Part shown: piece by piece, positions 48,651 to 57,887 of the stretch
Layout: each line of letters begins with the position of its first letter
Position numbering within the stretch: position 1 is the first letter of the stretch
Source: a virus
Direction: 5' to 3' (one strand)
Length of the DNA stretch: 64,000 bases
Virus genome (UHGV): UHGV-1370141
The notes under the pieces: model-generated
Database searches by the model: none
Told to the model about the DNA's origin: nothing
What the model saw: the letters and a program-made list of their open reading frames with translations, nothing else
Position numbers and translations under genes: made by a program

Positions 48651-48675
48651 CTCACCTAAGTAATATATATCTAAG
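48651..48675 (-). promoter_or_regulatory. recurrent promoter-like motif (coding strand CTTAGATATATATTACTTAGGTGAG)
   Basis: About 50 nt upstream of the 48210..48599 start. Approximate. Confidence 0.4.
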
Positions 48676-48741
48676 ATATTTTTCAATAGGGCTAAAAATA
48701 AGTAGGGTAGTCTATCCAATGGATAGACTACCCGAGAGGTT

Positions 48742-49293
48742 TTACTGCACGCACAAAATTTGACCTGAGTATTCTAAGGGACTTTCTGCAAACGTCCTGA
48801 TTTGTCGGCAAATCACATCGACTTCAGGTTCGTTCGTCCGCGTATAAATTGCGGTCCCGCCCTTTAACACCCACTCACGGCAATTACGACCATAATCGTC
48901 AACCAACAATCTTCCCTTCTCCGCGTAGGTCGCTTTCTCCGCAGAGGAAGTTGTCACGATGACTTTATGGCCAGGGATACCGAAGTGTTTTTCGAAGAAT
49001 AATTTTTTGCTTTCTACAACACGGTCGTGGTCGAAATGATCTTCTGAACCTGACGTTAAAATCGCCCAACATTCTCCCAGACTTTCTACTGTTTCGAGGA
49101 TTTTAACGGCCTCGGGTATCGGGTCTAGTTTATAAAAAAGATCCGGGTCGTTTAAATAGATTTCCCGCATCAAAGCACGACGATGCAACTCTGGCATTCC
49201 GTGAAATTCTTCTATACTCATTCCTTTAAGGTGGTGTTCCAAAACGTAACCACGCCAGTTTGCGAAAACGCCGTCGCTGTCTAAATTAAACAT
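48742..49293 (-). CDS. HAD-superfamily hydrolase, 5'(3')-deoxyribonucleotidase-like
   Basis: N-terminal FNLDSDGVFANW (DxDGV motif I), AILTSGS (motif II-like), LLVDDYGRN (motif IV-like). Confidence 0.5.
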   Translation of the reverse strand: MFNLDSDGVFANWRGYVLEHHLKGMSIEEFHGMPELHRRALMREIYLNDPDLFYKLDPIPEAVKILETVESLGECWAILTSGSEDHFDHDRVVESKKLFFEKHFGIPGHKVIVTTSSAEKATYAEKGRLLVDDYGRNCREWVLKGGTAIYTRTNEPEVDVICRQIRTFAESPLEYSGQILCVQ

Positions 49294-49350
49294 ATTTGGT
49301 TATCCTTTGTAATTTTCCTCCGACACAGTAAACGGTAGAAATTGTAAAAA

Positions 49351-49650
49351 TTAAGACTGCTTAATCGAAAGAATGAACCGACAAGGTTCAGTTAACAAGA
49401 GATACGTACGCGCAAAGTCGATTTCGGTTCCAGCTTTACGGACGTCGCAATAAAATTTTGCGATATCTTGTTGTGAAATACCTGCGACAATGTTGTTTAC
49501 TTTACGTTTGGTGTCGAAACGTTCAGCGAGTATTTCGGAAAGCACCTCCTTTCCTGCACGTCCTTGGACGGCAAAGATTGTTAGTGCTTTCAATTCCTCA
49601 GGCGTTAAAGTTTGCAAAGTCGGAGGTATGGCAATGTTAACCACTTTCAT
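49351..49650 (-). CDS. hypothetical protein
   Basis: 99-aa ORF. Confidence 0.45.
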   Translation of the reverse strand: MKVVNIAIPPTLQTLTPEELKALTIFAVQGRAGKEVLSEILAERFDTKRKVNNIVAGISQQDIAKFYCDVRKAGTEIDFARTYLLLTEPCRFILSIKQS

Positions 49651-49699
49651 GCTTCCCTCACAATCGACAAATTCGGGTTGCAGACCATGAACTGGGCGA

Positions 49700-50338
49700 T
49701 TATGGAGTTACAGTGTATTCGTTTAACGCAGCGTCAAAAATACCACGCGAGATTTCTGTCGCATCACTAACAGCAATCAGCGGTTCCCGTTCAGAGATAG
49801 TCACCGTGATTTCGTAAAACTTACCTGCCTTTAACAGCTGGTTATTGTTTAAACGAACGTCTTCGTGTAACGCAACAGCGAGTGTGTGTTTATATCCGTT
49901 ATCTGCTAATCGAACTAGGCGCAACTCACCGATAACGGTGGGTTTGATTTCCCAGTTCGATAAACGATGTGGAACAATCCAAACCTCGTTCGCACGGAAA
50001 GGTTCACTTGAGAGTTCTACCGATGGTTGAACAACGTCACGCTCATCAAATGCATGAAGATAGTAACGGTGTCTCAGGTCCTCATAAGGACTCGGTACGA
50101 AGTAACGTCGAACGCCGCGCAAACATTTTTCTAAATCGACAGAACAACAAATACGAGGAACCGTTTTGTCTTCGTCGCTGTAAACGCTATGAGGAATCCT
50201 GGGCGTAAAGACCGGGATTTTTTTATCGCTGATGTGGAGTGGAGCGGTATCCAGTTTTTTCAACGAAACTTTTTTCGCGGTACGTGGCAACTGTTGCTCC
50301 AACCACTTTACCAGCGAAGGTTCGACATTATCAGCCAT
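49700..50338 (-). CDS. hypothetical protein
   Basis: 212-aa ORF. Confidence 0.5.
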   Translation of the reverse strand: MADNVEPSLVKWLEQQLPRTAKKVSLKKLDTAPLHISDKKIPVFTPRIPHSVYSDEDKTVPRICCSVDLEKCLRGVRRYFVPSPYEDLRHRYYLHAFDERDVVQPSVELSSEPFRANEVWIVPHRLSNWEIKPTVIGELRLVRLADNGYKHTLAVALHEDVRLNNNQLLKAGKFYEITVTISEREPLIAVSDATEISRGIFDAALNEYTVTP

Positions 50339-51142
50339 TTACCACTTCCCGTTCCCTAAGCCCATAACACGCAGGTTGGTGCGTTTGTTGGCAATTGCCA
50401 GATACTCCTGAGCTAAAGCACGGACTTCACCACGACGGGATTCCGTTGCGATAGTTGAAGTGGTGTTTGGATTACGCAGGATGTCTTCCAGCGCCTGAAG
50501 CGACACACGGCGGTCCAGCAGGACACGGGTAGATTCCTGAGCCACTTTGCTACCACGCTGAATCGCGGAGTATTTGTTGCAAATCTGAAGCCCATCTTCG
50601 ATAACCCAGTCGAAGGTGACCAGACGATCCAGACGACGCGTTTTCACCCCACCAACATACCCTTCACGTACGATAGCACGCAGAGAGAAGCAAACGTTTT
50701 GATGTGGATTCTCTAACGCTTCTGCCAGATACGGACCACGTTCACGGTTCGGTTTAATCCAGCCCCAGATTTCCATTACCGGCAAACCATTACAGGTCTG
50801 GTCGGTCGGAATAACTTCAACTTCACGAATGTGCATACAGACGTTTTTCGTCTCAATCCATTCGTTACGGTCAATCCACTGCGCTTCGGTCATTCCCGGT
50901 TCTGGTGCAGGGTGGTCTTCTTCCCCGAACAGGTTACCGGCTTTTACTTTACGCATGAAAATGTTAGAGCGTTCGAATACGTGCTTAGACTCGTTATAGG
51001 CGTAGAAAATCCCTTCCGAGTTAAAAATATTCAGAGCACCCAATAATACGCGGTAATAACCATCCGCGTCTTTCTCCAGAGTAGCTGGAGCATTAACACC
51101 GGCTAACGCTACGCAATTGTAACGTAGGGTCAAGTTGTCCAT
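50339..51142 (-). CDS. hypothetical protein
   Basis: 267-aa ORF, directly abutting the downstream gene. Confidence 0.5.
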   Translation of the reverse strand: MDNLTLRYNCVALAGVNAPATLEKDADGYYRVLLGALNIFNSEGIFYAYNESKHVFERSNIFMRKVKAGNLFGEEDHPAPEPGMTEAQWIDRNEWIETKNVCMHIREVEVIPTDQTCNGLPVMEIWGWIKPNRERGPYLAEALENPHQNVCFSLRAIVREGYVGGVKTRRLDRLVTFDWVIEDGLQICNKYSAIQRGSKVAQESTRVLLDRRVSLQALEDILRNPNTTSTIATESRRGEVRALAQEYLAIANKRTNLRVMGLGNGKW

Positions 51143-51173
51143 TGTTTTCCCCGAGTGAAAGTAAAAAGGTAAA

Positions 51174-51908
51174 TTACCTCATAAACAAATCTTCGAGCGG
51201 TTCGGCACGTACCGGGTCAACTTGTAGCGCAGAACGAATACCACGTTTCAGTTCTACGTCAGCAAGCTTCGCCAGTCTCGACGTTTTGTTAAGAGACCCA
51301 CTACGTAGTGGGATGAATTGGACAGGGTTGTTTAAGTCACTGTCTTTTTTCAGTGTATAACGGAAAAACGTTTTTGGATCACCCACTTTACGCTGCGTGT
51401 GTGCAGCATAAACGTCAGCGGTAATCTGGTCGGCAAATACAGTAAAACCGTTCCATCGCTTTACCTTATCCGGTGCTAATAGTTCAGCATCGTCGTAAGC
51501 GGTAAACCAGAAAGGACGGTTACCAAAGTCGTAAATATACGACGCAATGTTGTATATCGGTGCGGACAACACCTGTAAATTGCGGTTGGGGAAAACCACT
51601 GTGCCGGGGTCAAAACGAAATTCGTAATAAGGGACGCCAAAGACGTCAATCTCTTCAAACGCCGTTGGGGTAATCTCAATCAGTGTTGTGACACTGGAAA
51701 CCCCGTAAGTTTTACGGTCCGTTGAGATAGCAAAAATACCTACAATCGTTACCGTAGAAGAAATAACCGCCAACTCTTTCGCCACAAACCCAACGGGGAT
51801 GTAAATGTAACATCCCCCTTTGGTAGTGGTGACCGTGCCGTTATTTACCAAGTCCGCATGAATCTTAGTGGGATCACGACGGGCTGTTTCAATCGCACTC
51901 ACGATCAC
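51174..51908 (-). CDS. hypothetical protein
   Basis: 244-aa ORF. Confidence 0.5.
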   Translation of the reverse strand: MIVSAIETARRDPTKIHADLVNNGTVTTTKGGCYIYIPVGFVAKELAVISSTVTIVGIFAISTDRKTYGVSSVTTLIEITPTAFEEIDVFGVPYYEFRFDPGTVVFPNRNLQVLSAPIYNIASYIYDFGNRPFWFTAYDDAELLAPDKVKRWNGFTVFADQITADVYAAHTQRKVGDPKTFFRYTLKKDSDLNNPVQFIPLRSGSLNKTSRLAKLADVELKRGIRSALQVDPVRAEPLEDLFMR

Positions 51909-51919
51909 CTCCTATTGCA

Positions 51920-53380
51920 TTAGAGTTTGTCAACAAACACAGAACCTGAAATCCAGTCCAGAACGTAGTCAATCATCCAACTGGTTGCTGCTTGTGACGG
52001 GTCTTGATTATCCACCATCGCCTGGTGAATCGTCCGCATCAGTGGGGCAATTTCCCATACGCGGAACACGTCATTACACGCGGTCTGGATAATAAAGAGC
52101 GTGATGTCATCATCAGCACTGCTAAAGAAGGCGTCACAGCTTGCCATGACCCAACGTTTCACGTCTTCACGCGTACGCTGGTCTTCTCCGTTATCGAAGT
52201 AGCCCTGATCGAGTTGGTCAATAGCCAGTGAGAACGCCGTTTTCAGTGACTGACGGTTACGTGTTACCCAGTCCTGTTCGTTTTTCTTCTGCGTGATAAT
52301 CGCACGACGGTTATAAGCGTCGACGTACGCATTCTGGTTTTCCAGCAGTGCAGGAACACGTGCAGAAACGTTATAGTCGCCTTCGTCCATCAGATAGATA
52401 GCGCCCAGAAGACCTTCAACGATACCACCTTTAGACAGATAGTCATCCATCGTTTCCTGACAGATGTACACGTCTTTCTTATCGGTGTCGTAGCTGTAAA
52501 TAATGTTACCTGTCGCGACACGGTTCAGGATTTCTTTTTCGAAACCGTAAACCCAACCGATAGAGGTGTAGTAAGCACGACCCATCTCTGCTTTCCACTT
52601 CAACGCGTCAACGCCAGAGTCAGGCCAAGGACGTTCGATGTAGTAGGAAGACAGCAGCAGAACCAGCACACGCTCTTTCAGAATCATCGGTGCGTTGCTT
52701 GCAACCGGTACGGTGTTGTTACCGGCCAGGATCAGTTTAGCCGCATCGTAAATGCTAATGCCTAAATCGTTAAGCAGGCTACGTACTAACTCGTCGTACG
52801 CCTTAACACCGGTTTCTGGGATTTCGATGTTGGTTGGAACGTCGAAATTAATCGGGTCGTAAGTCGTCCCGTTGCCCATCGGGTTAGCGATTTCCTGAAT
52901 CAGTGCCTGGACAACTGGAGAATCAACACAGCTGTCGATACCCACCGGAATCAGGTTCCAGTCTTCTACCAACGGTTTAACTTCGTCGATAACGTTGTTC
53001 TGAATAACCAACTGAACGAACGGTTGCACCACGTTACGGGCGAAATCAAGCATCCCGTTGCAGCGTTGAATTGCCATGTTCTTCAGTTCGAACAGCGTAG
53101 TTTCATGATCGTCAACACGCAGCGCTTCTGGCTCAATGGCACCGTCACGGATAACGGACGCTTCTGACGTTGCCTCCGTCGGACGTTTCAGCTGAGTGAT
53201 TGCTGGCAGTTCCTGGAAGAACTGTTCGTCAGTAATGGTGGTATCAAAAACACGAGATGGATCTACCGCACGGTTCAGCAGGTCAACCGGAGAGTCAACG
53301 TCGGTGCCGAGTTGAATGTTGTGCTGTTTGCACAGCTTCATGGCGTTGGTAACTGCGTTCAGCGAGTATAAACTGATCAT
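51920..53380 (-). CDS. hypothetical protein
   Basis: 486-aa ORF. Confidence 0.55.
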   Translation of the reverse strand: MISLYSLNAVTNAMKLCKQHNIQLGTDVDSPVDLLNRAVDPSRVFDTTITDEQFFQELPAITQLKRPTEATSEASVIRDGAIEPEALRVDDHETTLFELKNMAIQRCNGMLDFARNVVQPFVQLVIQNNVIDEVKPLVEDWNLIPVGIDSCVDSPVVQALIQEIANPMGNGTTYDPINFDVPTNIEIPETGVKAYDELVRSLLNDLGISIYDAAKLILAGNNTVPVASNAPMILKERVLVLLLSSYYIERPWPDSGVDALKWKAEMGRAYYTSIGWVYGFEKEILNRVATGNIIYSYDTDKKDVYICQETMDDYLSKGGIVEGLLGAIYLMDEGDYNVSARVPALLENQNAYVDAYNRRAIITQKKNEQDWVTRNRQSLKTAFSLAIDQLDQGYFDNGEDQRTREDVKRWVMASCDAFFSSADDDITLFIIQTACNDVFRVWEIAPLMRTIHQAMVDNQDPSQAATSWMIDYVLDWISGSVFVDKL

Positions 53381-53670
53381 TGTTTAACCTCATTATTGGT
53401 GGTGATGGCGTCCTGAAGCTTCGTGTACAAACGAGCTCCCACCAGGTCAGCGATATCGCGTTTCAGCAGTTTCTGATCGCCGATACGGTCAGACATTCCA
53501 GAATTGCCACGAATCAATCCGTGCACGATTTCGGTCGTCAGTTCAACCGTGTTGCCCAAAGACACGTAGTTAGTACGTTGGATAGGGCTATAGCCTTCCA
53601 CGCTTTGCTGGGTAATATTTTTCCCAGTCGGAATACCGTGTCGCTGTTTGATTTTATCTAAAATAGACAT
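53377..53670 (-). CDS. hypothetical protein
   Basis: 97-aa ORF overlapping the downstream gene by 4 nt. Confidence 0.45.
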   Translation of the reverse strand: MSILDKIKQRHGIPTGKNITQQSVEGYSPIQRTNYVSLGNTVELTTEIVHGLIRGNSGMSDRIGDQKLLKRDIADLVGARLYTKLQDAITTNNEVKQ

Positions 53671-53691
53671 TCTCTACTCCGGAGTTTATCA

Positions 53692-53710
53692 GGGTGGGAG
53701 CGACCCACCC
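53692..53710. other. intergenic stem-loop between the beta-like gene and the next gene
   Basis: gggtggg-agcga-cccaccc, no clear T-run; possible processing or attenuation site. Confidence 0.3.
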
Positions 53711-53717
53711 CTTGAGA

Positions 53718-56700
53718 TTATTTAAGTGTCGCTGGTAACTCAGGCACGGACTCGCCGTCGAGGATACGACCGATAAGAATCCCTGCTTGTTCACCCACAG
53801 CATTTGCGGTACCGATTCGTTGGATAGAACCTACGATACGTGCGTCGACAGAATCACGACCGAACAAAATGTCAATGTCATCGCCATCTTCTGTTTTGTT
53901 TTCCCCGTACATCACTTCTTGTACAGTGGTTTTCAGCTGGTTAGCAATAACCATCTTATCCGCTGCGGCCATTTCCACTTCGTGCGTAATAAAGAATCGA
54001 ACACAAAGCGAGTTAAAGGCTAACGGTACACCCTCTACACGGTAATCCCCATTAACACTCCCTGATACCGGATCGCCACGATTAACAGCCAATGCTGCTT
54101 TACGACGAATGCGATCGTATTTACGTACCAGTTCTGCCAGTGAAGGCGTCATGTCTTCGGTTTCACCGTGATATACGACTTCGATTTTATCCACGATACC
54201 ACGAACCCCAGCACGAGGCGCGTACGAACTTAAACTTTGCAACGTTTGTGCTGCTTCCTTACTAAAGGTACTCATATCCCCCGTAAGGTCGTCAGTAAAT
54301 GTGCATAGGATTGTGTCGACGTCAACGTGTTCCCCTTCGTTAACGATTTCCAGGAGCATCTGGTTGCTGTTAATCACCACTTCTTTCAGCTTAGTAACCT
54401 GCCCAACCATTTTCTTCGCGAACCGTTCAGAAATAGCATTGGAGTCTTCGATTACTTCTTCAGCTTCGATTAGAGCGACGGTAGCCAGCACCCCGTTTTT
54501 CCAGGAAACCTGAGTAGGGTCGTAGATATCGGGTTCAAAGTGTTGCTCGTTATAGGTGATGACTGCCCCGGCCGGGAGTTTGTCACCGGCTTTCCAGCGA
54601 GTCACCAGGGTGTGCGGATAGAAGGTACCTTCGTGGGGGCCGAACCAGCGCCCTAGAGGAAAGGCTTCTTTACTTCCATCTTCGTACGTAATTTCGATAT
54701 GGTCTTTAGACAGACCGGTGATTTTACCTGCTTTATCAATAACGCGTGCGTGTTTCACCGATGTACGGTGAGCGACAAATTTCTCCTGTTCGGTACGATA
54801 AGGGGTAGTGGTAGCGCCGTTGCAACTGGTGGCAGAACCTAACTGAATCCCAACGAAGTTTTGACGTTTAGCGTCGTCCATCAGGGTATCCGGCACGAGA
54901 CCGTCAATAAATGACAGAGTGTCGCTCGGCTTCAGTTTCTTTTCATCCCGTTTATAGGTTGTGCCGTCAACGGTATCAAAACGCGGGTTGTTGGTGGCGA
55001 AAGCAGTAATACCTACGTCACCGTTATCCACCGTGTTACCGGATACAATACCCAGGTCACTCGGTTGGAACTCACGCGTGTGATAAACCATTGTTTTACG
55101 GTTACGGCCACCCGTACCACCCATGGTGATAACGTCTTTCTCTTTAATCGACTGGATAGGGTTAGCACCCGGCGCTAACAGAACAGACGGGTCGGAGTTA
55201 ATTGCGCCCCAAATCATGTCCTGAGTAAGCTCGAACTTACGGTTACTGTTCGGTGCGTTGTTGTAGTTACGCATCGCCCTGACCATCGCAGTGTAGATGT
55301 GGTAGGAAATACGTTGGTTCCCTAAGAACATCATTTCATCACCGTTAATCTCCGGTAAAGAGTGGTCGGTTTGTAACAGTTCGTTAGAACGTTCCAATAG
55401 CCCGATAAAGGTTTCCGGTTCACCCATTTTCCTGAGGATACGTGCGTGCATGTCATCAACAAACGCGGCCCGCATTTGTTTCAGCTCGTTGATGTAGCGT
55501 GGAGTTAGCCCATCTGCATCACGTATTAAGTTCAGGTAAATGTCTTCGCGGTCGACTTCGGACTCGGTATAAGCTACCAGGTGTTTCAGGTACTTATCCA
55601 GACCGTGTAGAATCATTCGTTGCTGATCGTTATCACACGTTACCAGGAACTTACTGTCCTGGAGACGAATAATAGAATCGTACGTGCTCTTATCTACACG
55701 TTGGCCAACAGGGACGATTTCGTACTGAATACCGAAATGTTTAAGCATCCCTTGCAGACCTAAATAGAACGAGAAGATGAAGCCCAGTGAGAGCGATTTG
55801 CCCATCAGTGAAAGCTCGGTCATTTCTCTTGGCGCTTTCTGGCTACTGAAGCCAAGCACTTCCGAGATGGTACCCAGTGGTGTACACTCTTTACCCTTAA
55901 CGGTATAGAGCATGGACTTGGTATCCATCACCACAATAACTTCACTGCGCGGACGTTTCGCAACCGGCAACATCTCAACGTTGTTTGCGTCAGTAAGCTG
56001 TTCGTCATTAAAGAAGTTAACCGCTTCTTTATAATCGAAGTTCCACATATACCCGCCTGCATTGAAGCTGGCGATACGGCGTGCAATCTCCGTGTACTGA
56101 CGAGGAAGTTTCTCTGTAGGATCGAAAACGTTCGCGAGACGTGCGTCGGTGATCTCCGTGTTGGTCGGGTCTACGGCACGCGTGATAATCGCGTTCGTTA
56201 ACCAACGGCCGTAGTCGTTTGCGACTTTGTCACTACGACGTACGAAGTTTTTACCGTAAGCGGTAGTTAACGCTACGGTGTCTGGGGCGACCTTACGAAT
56301 CGGAACGTCTACACGCTGACGACGCATGGTGTATTCAACACCGTTTGCTACCCAGGTACCGTCTTCGGTTAAACCAGGGATAGAGAAACGCACTGTCGTC
56401 GGTTCACCACCAATCGGTTGAACACGCAGGGTGTGGTGTTCGATAGTTCCCGTAACGGAAACCTCTTTCTCGATCGTGTGGTTGTGAATAGCTAAACCAA
56501 GACGCTGCGAGCTGGCGACTGCTGCCAGCACGTCTTTACTCATCATGGTCTGGTTGTATTGTTTCACCATTTGGTCGGTGACGTTTTCTGCCCAACCTTC
56601 ATCCGTAACCAGTCGCTGGACTTTCTTCGGTTCCGCTTTCACGGCAATGTCTTTTTCGTGAATGGTTAATGCTTCACCGTAAGTCTCTTTCGGGTTGTAC

Positions 56701-57884
56701 GGGTTTGGTAACTGAACGAAACGTTTGGTCGAATCAGACAGGAATTGATACGCTTTGGAGCTTAAGCGGCCCGCCTCAGCCAGTTTCTGCGCTTCCTGTT
56801 TGATAATGTCATCGTGAGCAATCGTTTTTTCGATAACGATAGTCGTCGGCTTAACGTCTTCTTTCGGCTCCTCAATAACGAGGTCTTCTTTTTCATCGAA
56901 AGCGTTATCCGATTCAACCACAGCGTCGTTAACAACGTCTGTATCGTCAACGACGTCAACGGTATCCTCTTCGATGTCCTTAACAAAGATACGTTCATCA
57001 CCTTCCGGTGTCAGGAATTCAGCTTCGTAAGCATTAGACGGTGCTTGAGTCATTACACGCACTAACGTACGATAGAACATCCTGGCCATCTGGTCGTCAC
57101 TTAAACGGCCACCGGACGATTTACGCATCTTCTCCACGACACCCATGTTCATCGACGTAAAGCCGCCGTTGTGGGTGAAGATGAAGTTCATTCGAGACAG
57201 TTGCGTTAAGTCCATTCCCGCAAACAGAGAATCGGACTGTTTACCGTACGCCCAAGCGAACAGTTCCAATAACCACAGCAGGTTAAAATCCTGGAACTTT
57301 TCAATCTTGCTTTTAACACGATCGTTATACGTCGTTTGGAACTTCTGGAAAGACGGTAACGTTGACCCCAGCTCAATCACGAAGTAGTTCTGACGCATGT
57401 ATTCTTGCGTGTCGTATTTGAACTGGTTAGTCATTAACAGCTGGATGTTACGCAGTCTGTCGTACCAGGCTAGTTGAGTGTCTGGATAATAGTAGTGCGA
57501 TAACATCGGTGTATAGTTCTCAATAAGGAGAACTTTTAAGTCTTTACGAATCAGGTCATCTGAAGTCAGACGACGAATTGGACGGTTAGCGCGATGATAC
57601 GCAAAGATAGCACGTTCTTGCCCCTGCACAGGTTTGTTACGTGGATGCCCACTGATCCCTTCTTCGGGAAGTTTAAAGTGGTGGCGAATTTGTGCAGGTT
57701 TTTCCAACGGCTGGATGATTTCCAGCGTAGCAGGTGGCGCTAAGACCACCTGATCGAGATCCACGACGTGCAGTATGGAGCCTCGTGGTATCTGGAGCTT
57801 CTCGAGCGGGATAATCCTCGGATTACCAAACTCGTCTGTTTTACGCACAGAGAAGCGTTGGTTAAACTGTTTAATGAGCAGCAT
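53718..57884 (-). CDS. large RNA polymerase beta-like subunit (second RNAP set), 1388 aa
   Basis: Weak but ordered beta-like motifs in the C-terminal half: QPSDLGIVSGN (EGPNIGLI-like), KAGKITGLSKDHIEITYEDG (NRHGNKGVISKI..YDENG-like), LGRWFGPHEG (GGQRFGEMEV-like); immediately downstream of a beta'-N-like gene. Confidence 0.45.
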   Translation of the reverse strand: MLLIKQFNQRFSVRKTDEFGNPRIIPLEKLQIPRGSILHVVDLDQVVLAPPATLEIIQPLEKPAQIRHHFKLPEEGISGHPRNKPVQGQERAIFAYHRANRPIRRLTSDDLIRKDLKVLLIENYTPMLSHYYYPDTQLAWYDRLRNIQLLMTNQFKYDTQEYMRQNYFVIELGSTLPSFQKFQTTYNDRVKSKIEKFQDFNLLWLLELFAWAYGKQSDSLFAGMDLTQLSRMNFIFTHNGGFTSMNMGVVEKMRKSSGGRLSDDQMARMFYRTLVRVMTQAPSNAYEAEFLTPEGDERIFVKDIEEDTVDVVDDTDVVNDAVVESDNAFDEKEDLVIEEPKEDVKPTTIVIEKTIAHDDIIKQEAQKLAEAGRLSSKAYQFLSDSTKRFVQLPNPYNPKETYGEALTIHEKDIAVKAEPKKVQRLVTDEGWAENVTDQMVKQYNQTMMSKDVLAAVASSQRLGLAIHNHTIEKEVSVTGTIEHHTLRVQPIGGEPTTVRFSIPGLTEDGTWVANGVEYTMRRQRVDVPIRKVAPDTVALTTAYGKNFVRRSDKVANDYGRWLTNAIITRAVDPTNTEITDARLANVFDPTEKLPRQYTEIARRIASFNAGGYMWNFDYKEAVNFFNDEQLTDANNVEMLPVAKRPRSEVIVVMDTKSMLYTVKGKECTPLGTISEVLGFSSQKAPREMTELSLMGKSLSLGFIFSFYLGLQGMLKHFGIQYEIVPVGQRVDKSTYDSIIRLQDSKFLVTCDNDQQRMILHGLDKYLKHLVAYTESEVDREDIYLNLIRDADGLTPRYINELKQMRAAFVDDMHARILRKMGEPETFIGLLERSNELLQTDHSLPEINGDEMMFLGNQRISYHIYTAMVRAMRNYNNAPNSNRKFELTQDMIWGAINSDPSVLLAPGANPIQSIKEKDVITMGGTGGRNRKTMVYHTREFQPSDLGIVSGNTVDNGDVGITAFATNNPRFDTVDGTTYKRDEKKLKPSDTLSFIDGLVPDTLMDDAKRQNFVGIQLGSATSCNGATTTPYRTEQEKFVAHRTSVKHARVIDKAGKITGLSKDHIEITYEDGSKEAFPLGRWFGPHEGTFYPHTLVTRWKAGDKLPAGAVITYNEQHFEPDIYDPTQVSWKNGVLATVALIEAEEVIEDSNAISERFAKKMVGQVTKLKEVVINSNQMLLEIVNEGEHVDVDTILCTFTDDLTGDMSTFSKEAAQTLQSLSSYAPRAGVRGIVDKIEVVYHGETEDMTPSLAELVRKYDRIRRKAALAVNRGDPVSGSVNGDYRVEGVPLAFNSLCVRFFITHEVEMAAADKMVIANQLKTTVQEVMYGENKTEDGDDIDILFGRDSVDARIVGSIQRIGTANAVGEQAGILIGRILDGESVPELPATLK

Positions 57885-57887
57885 TGA

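Noticed and set aside
53718-57884. GVEYTMRRQRVDV in the 1388-aa protein as a beta' bridge helix
   Set aside because: The segment lies N-terminal to a series of beta-type motifs that occur in the correct order, so the protein is called beta-like and this similarity is treated as coincidental.
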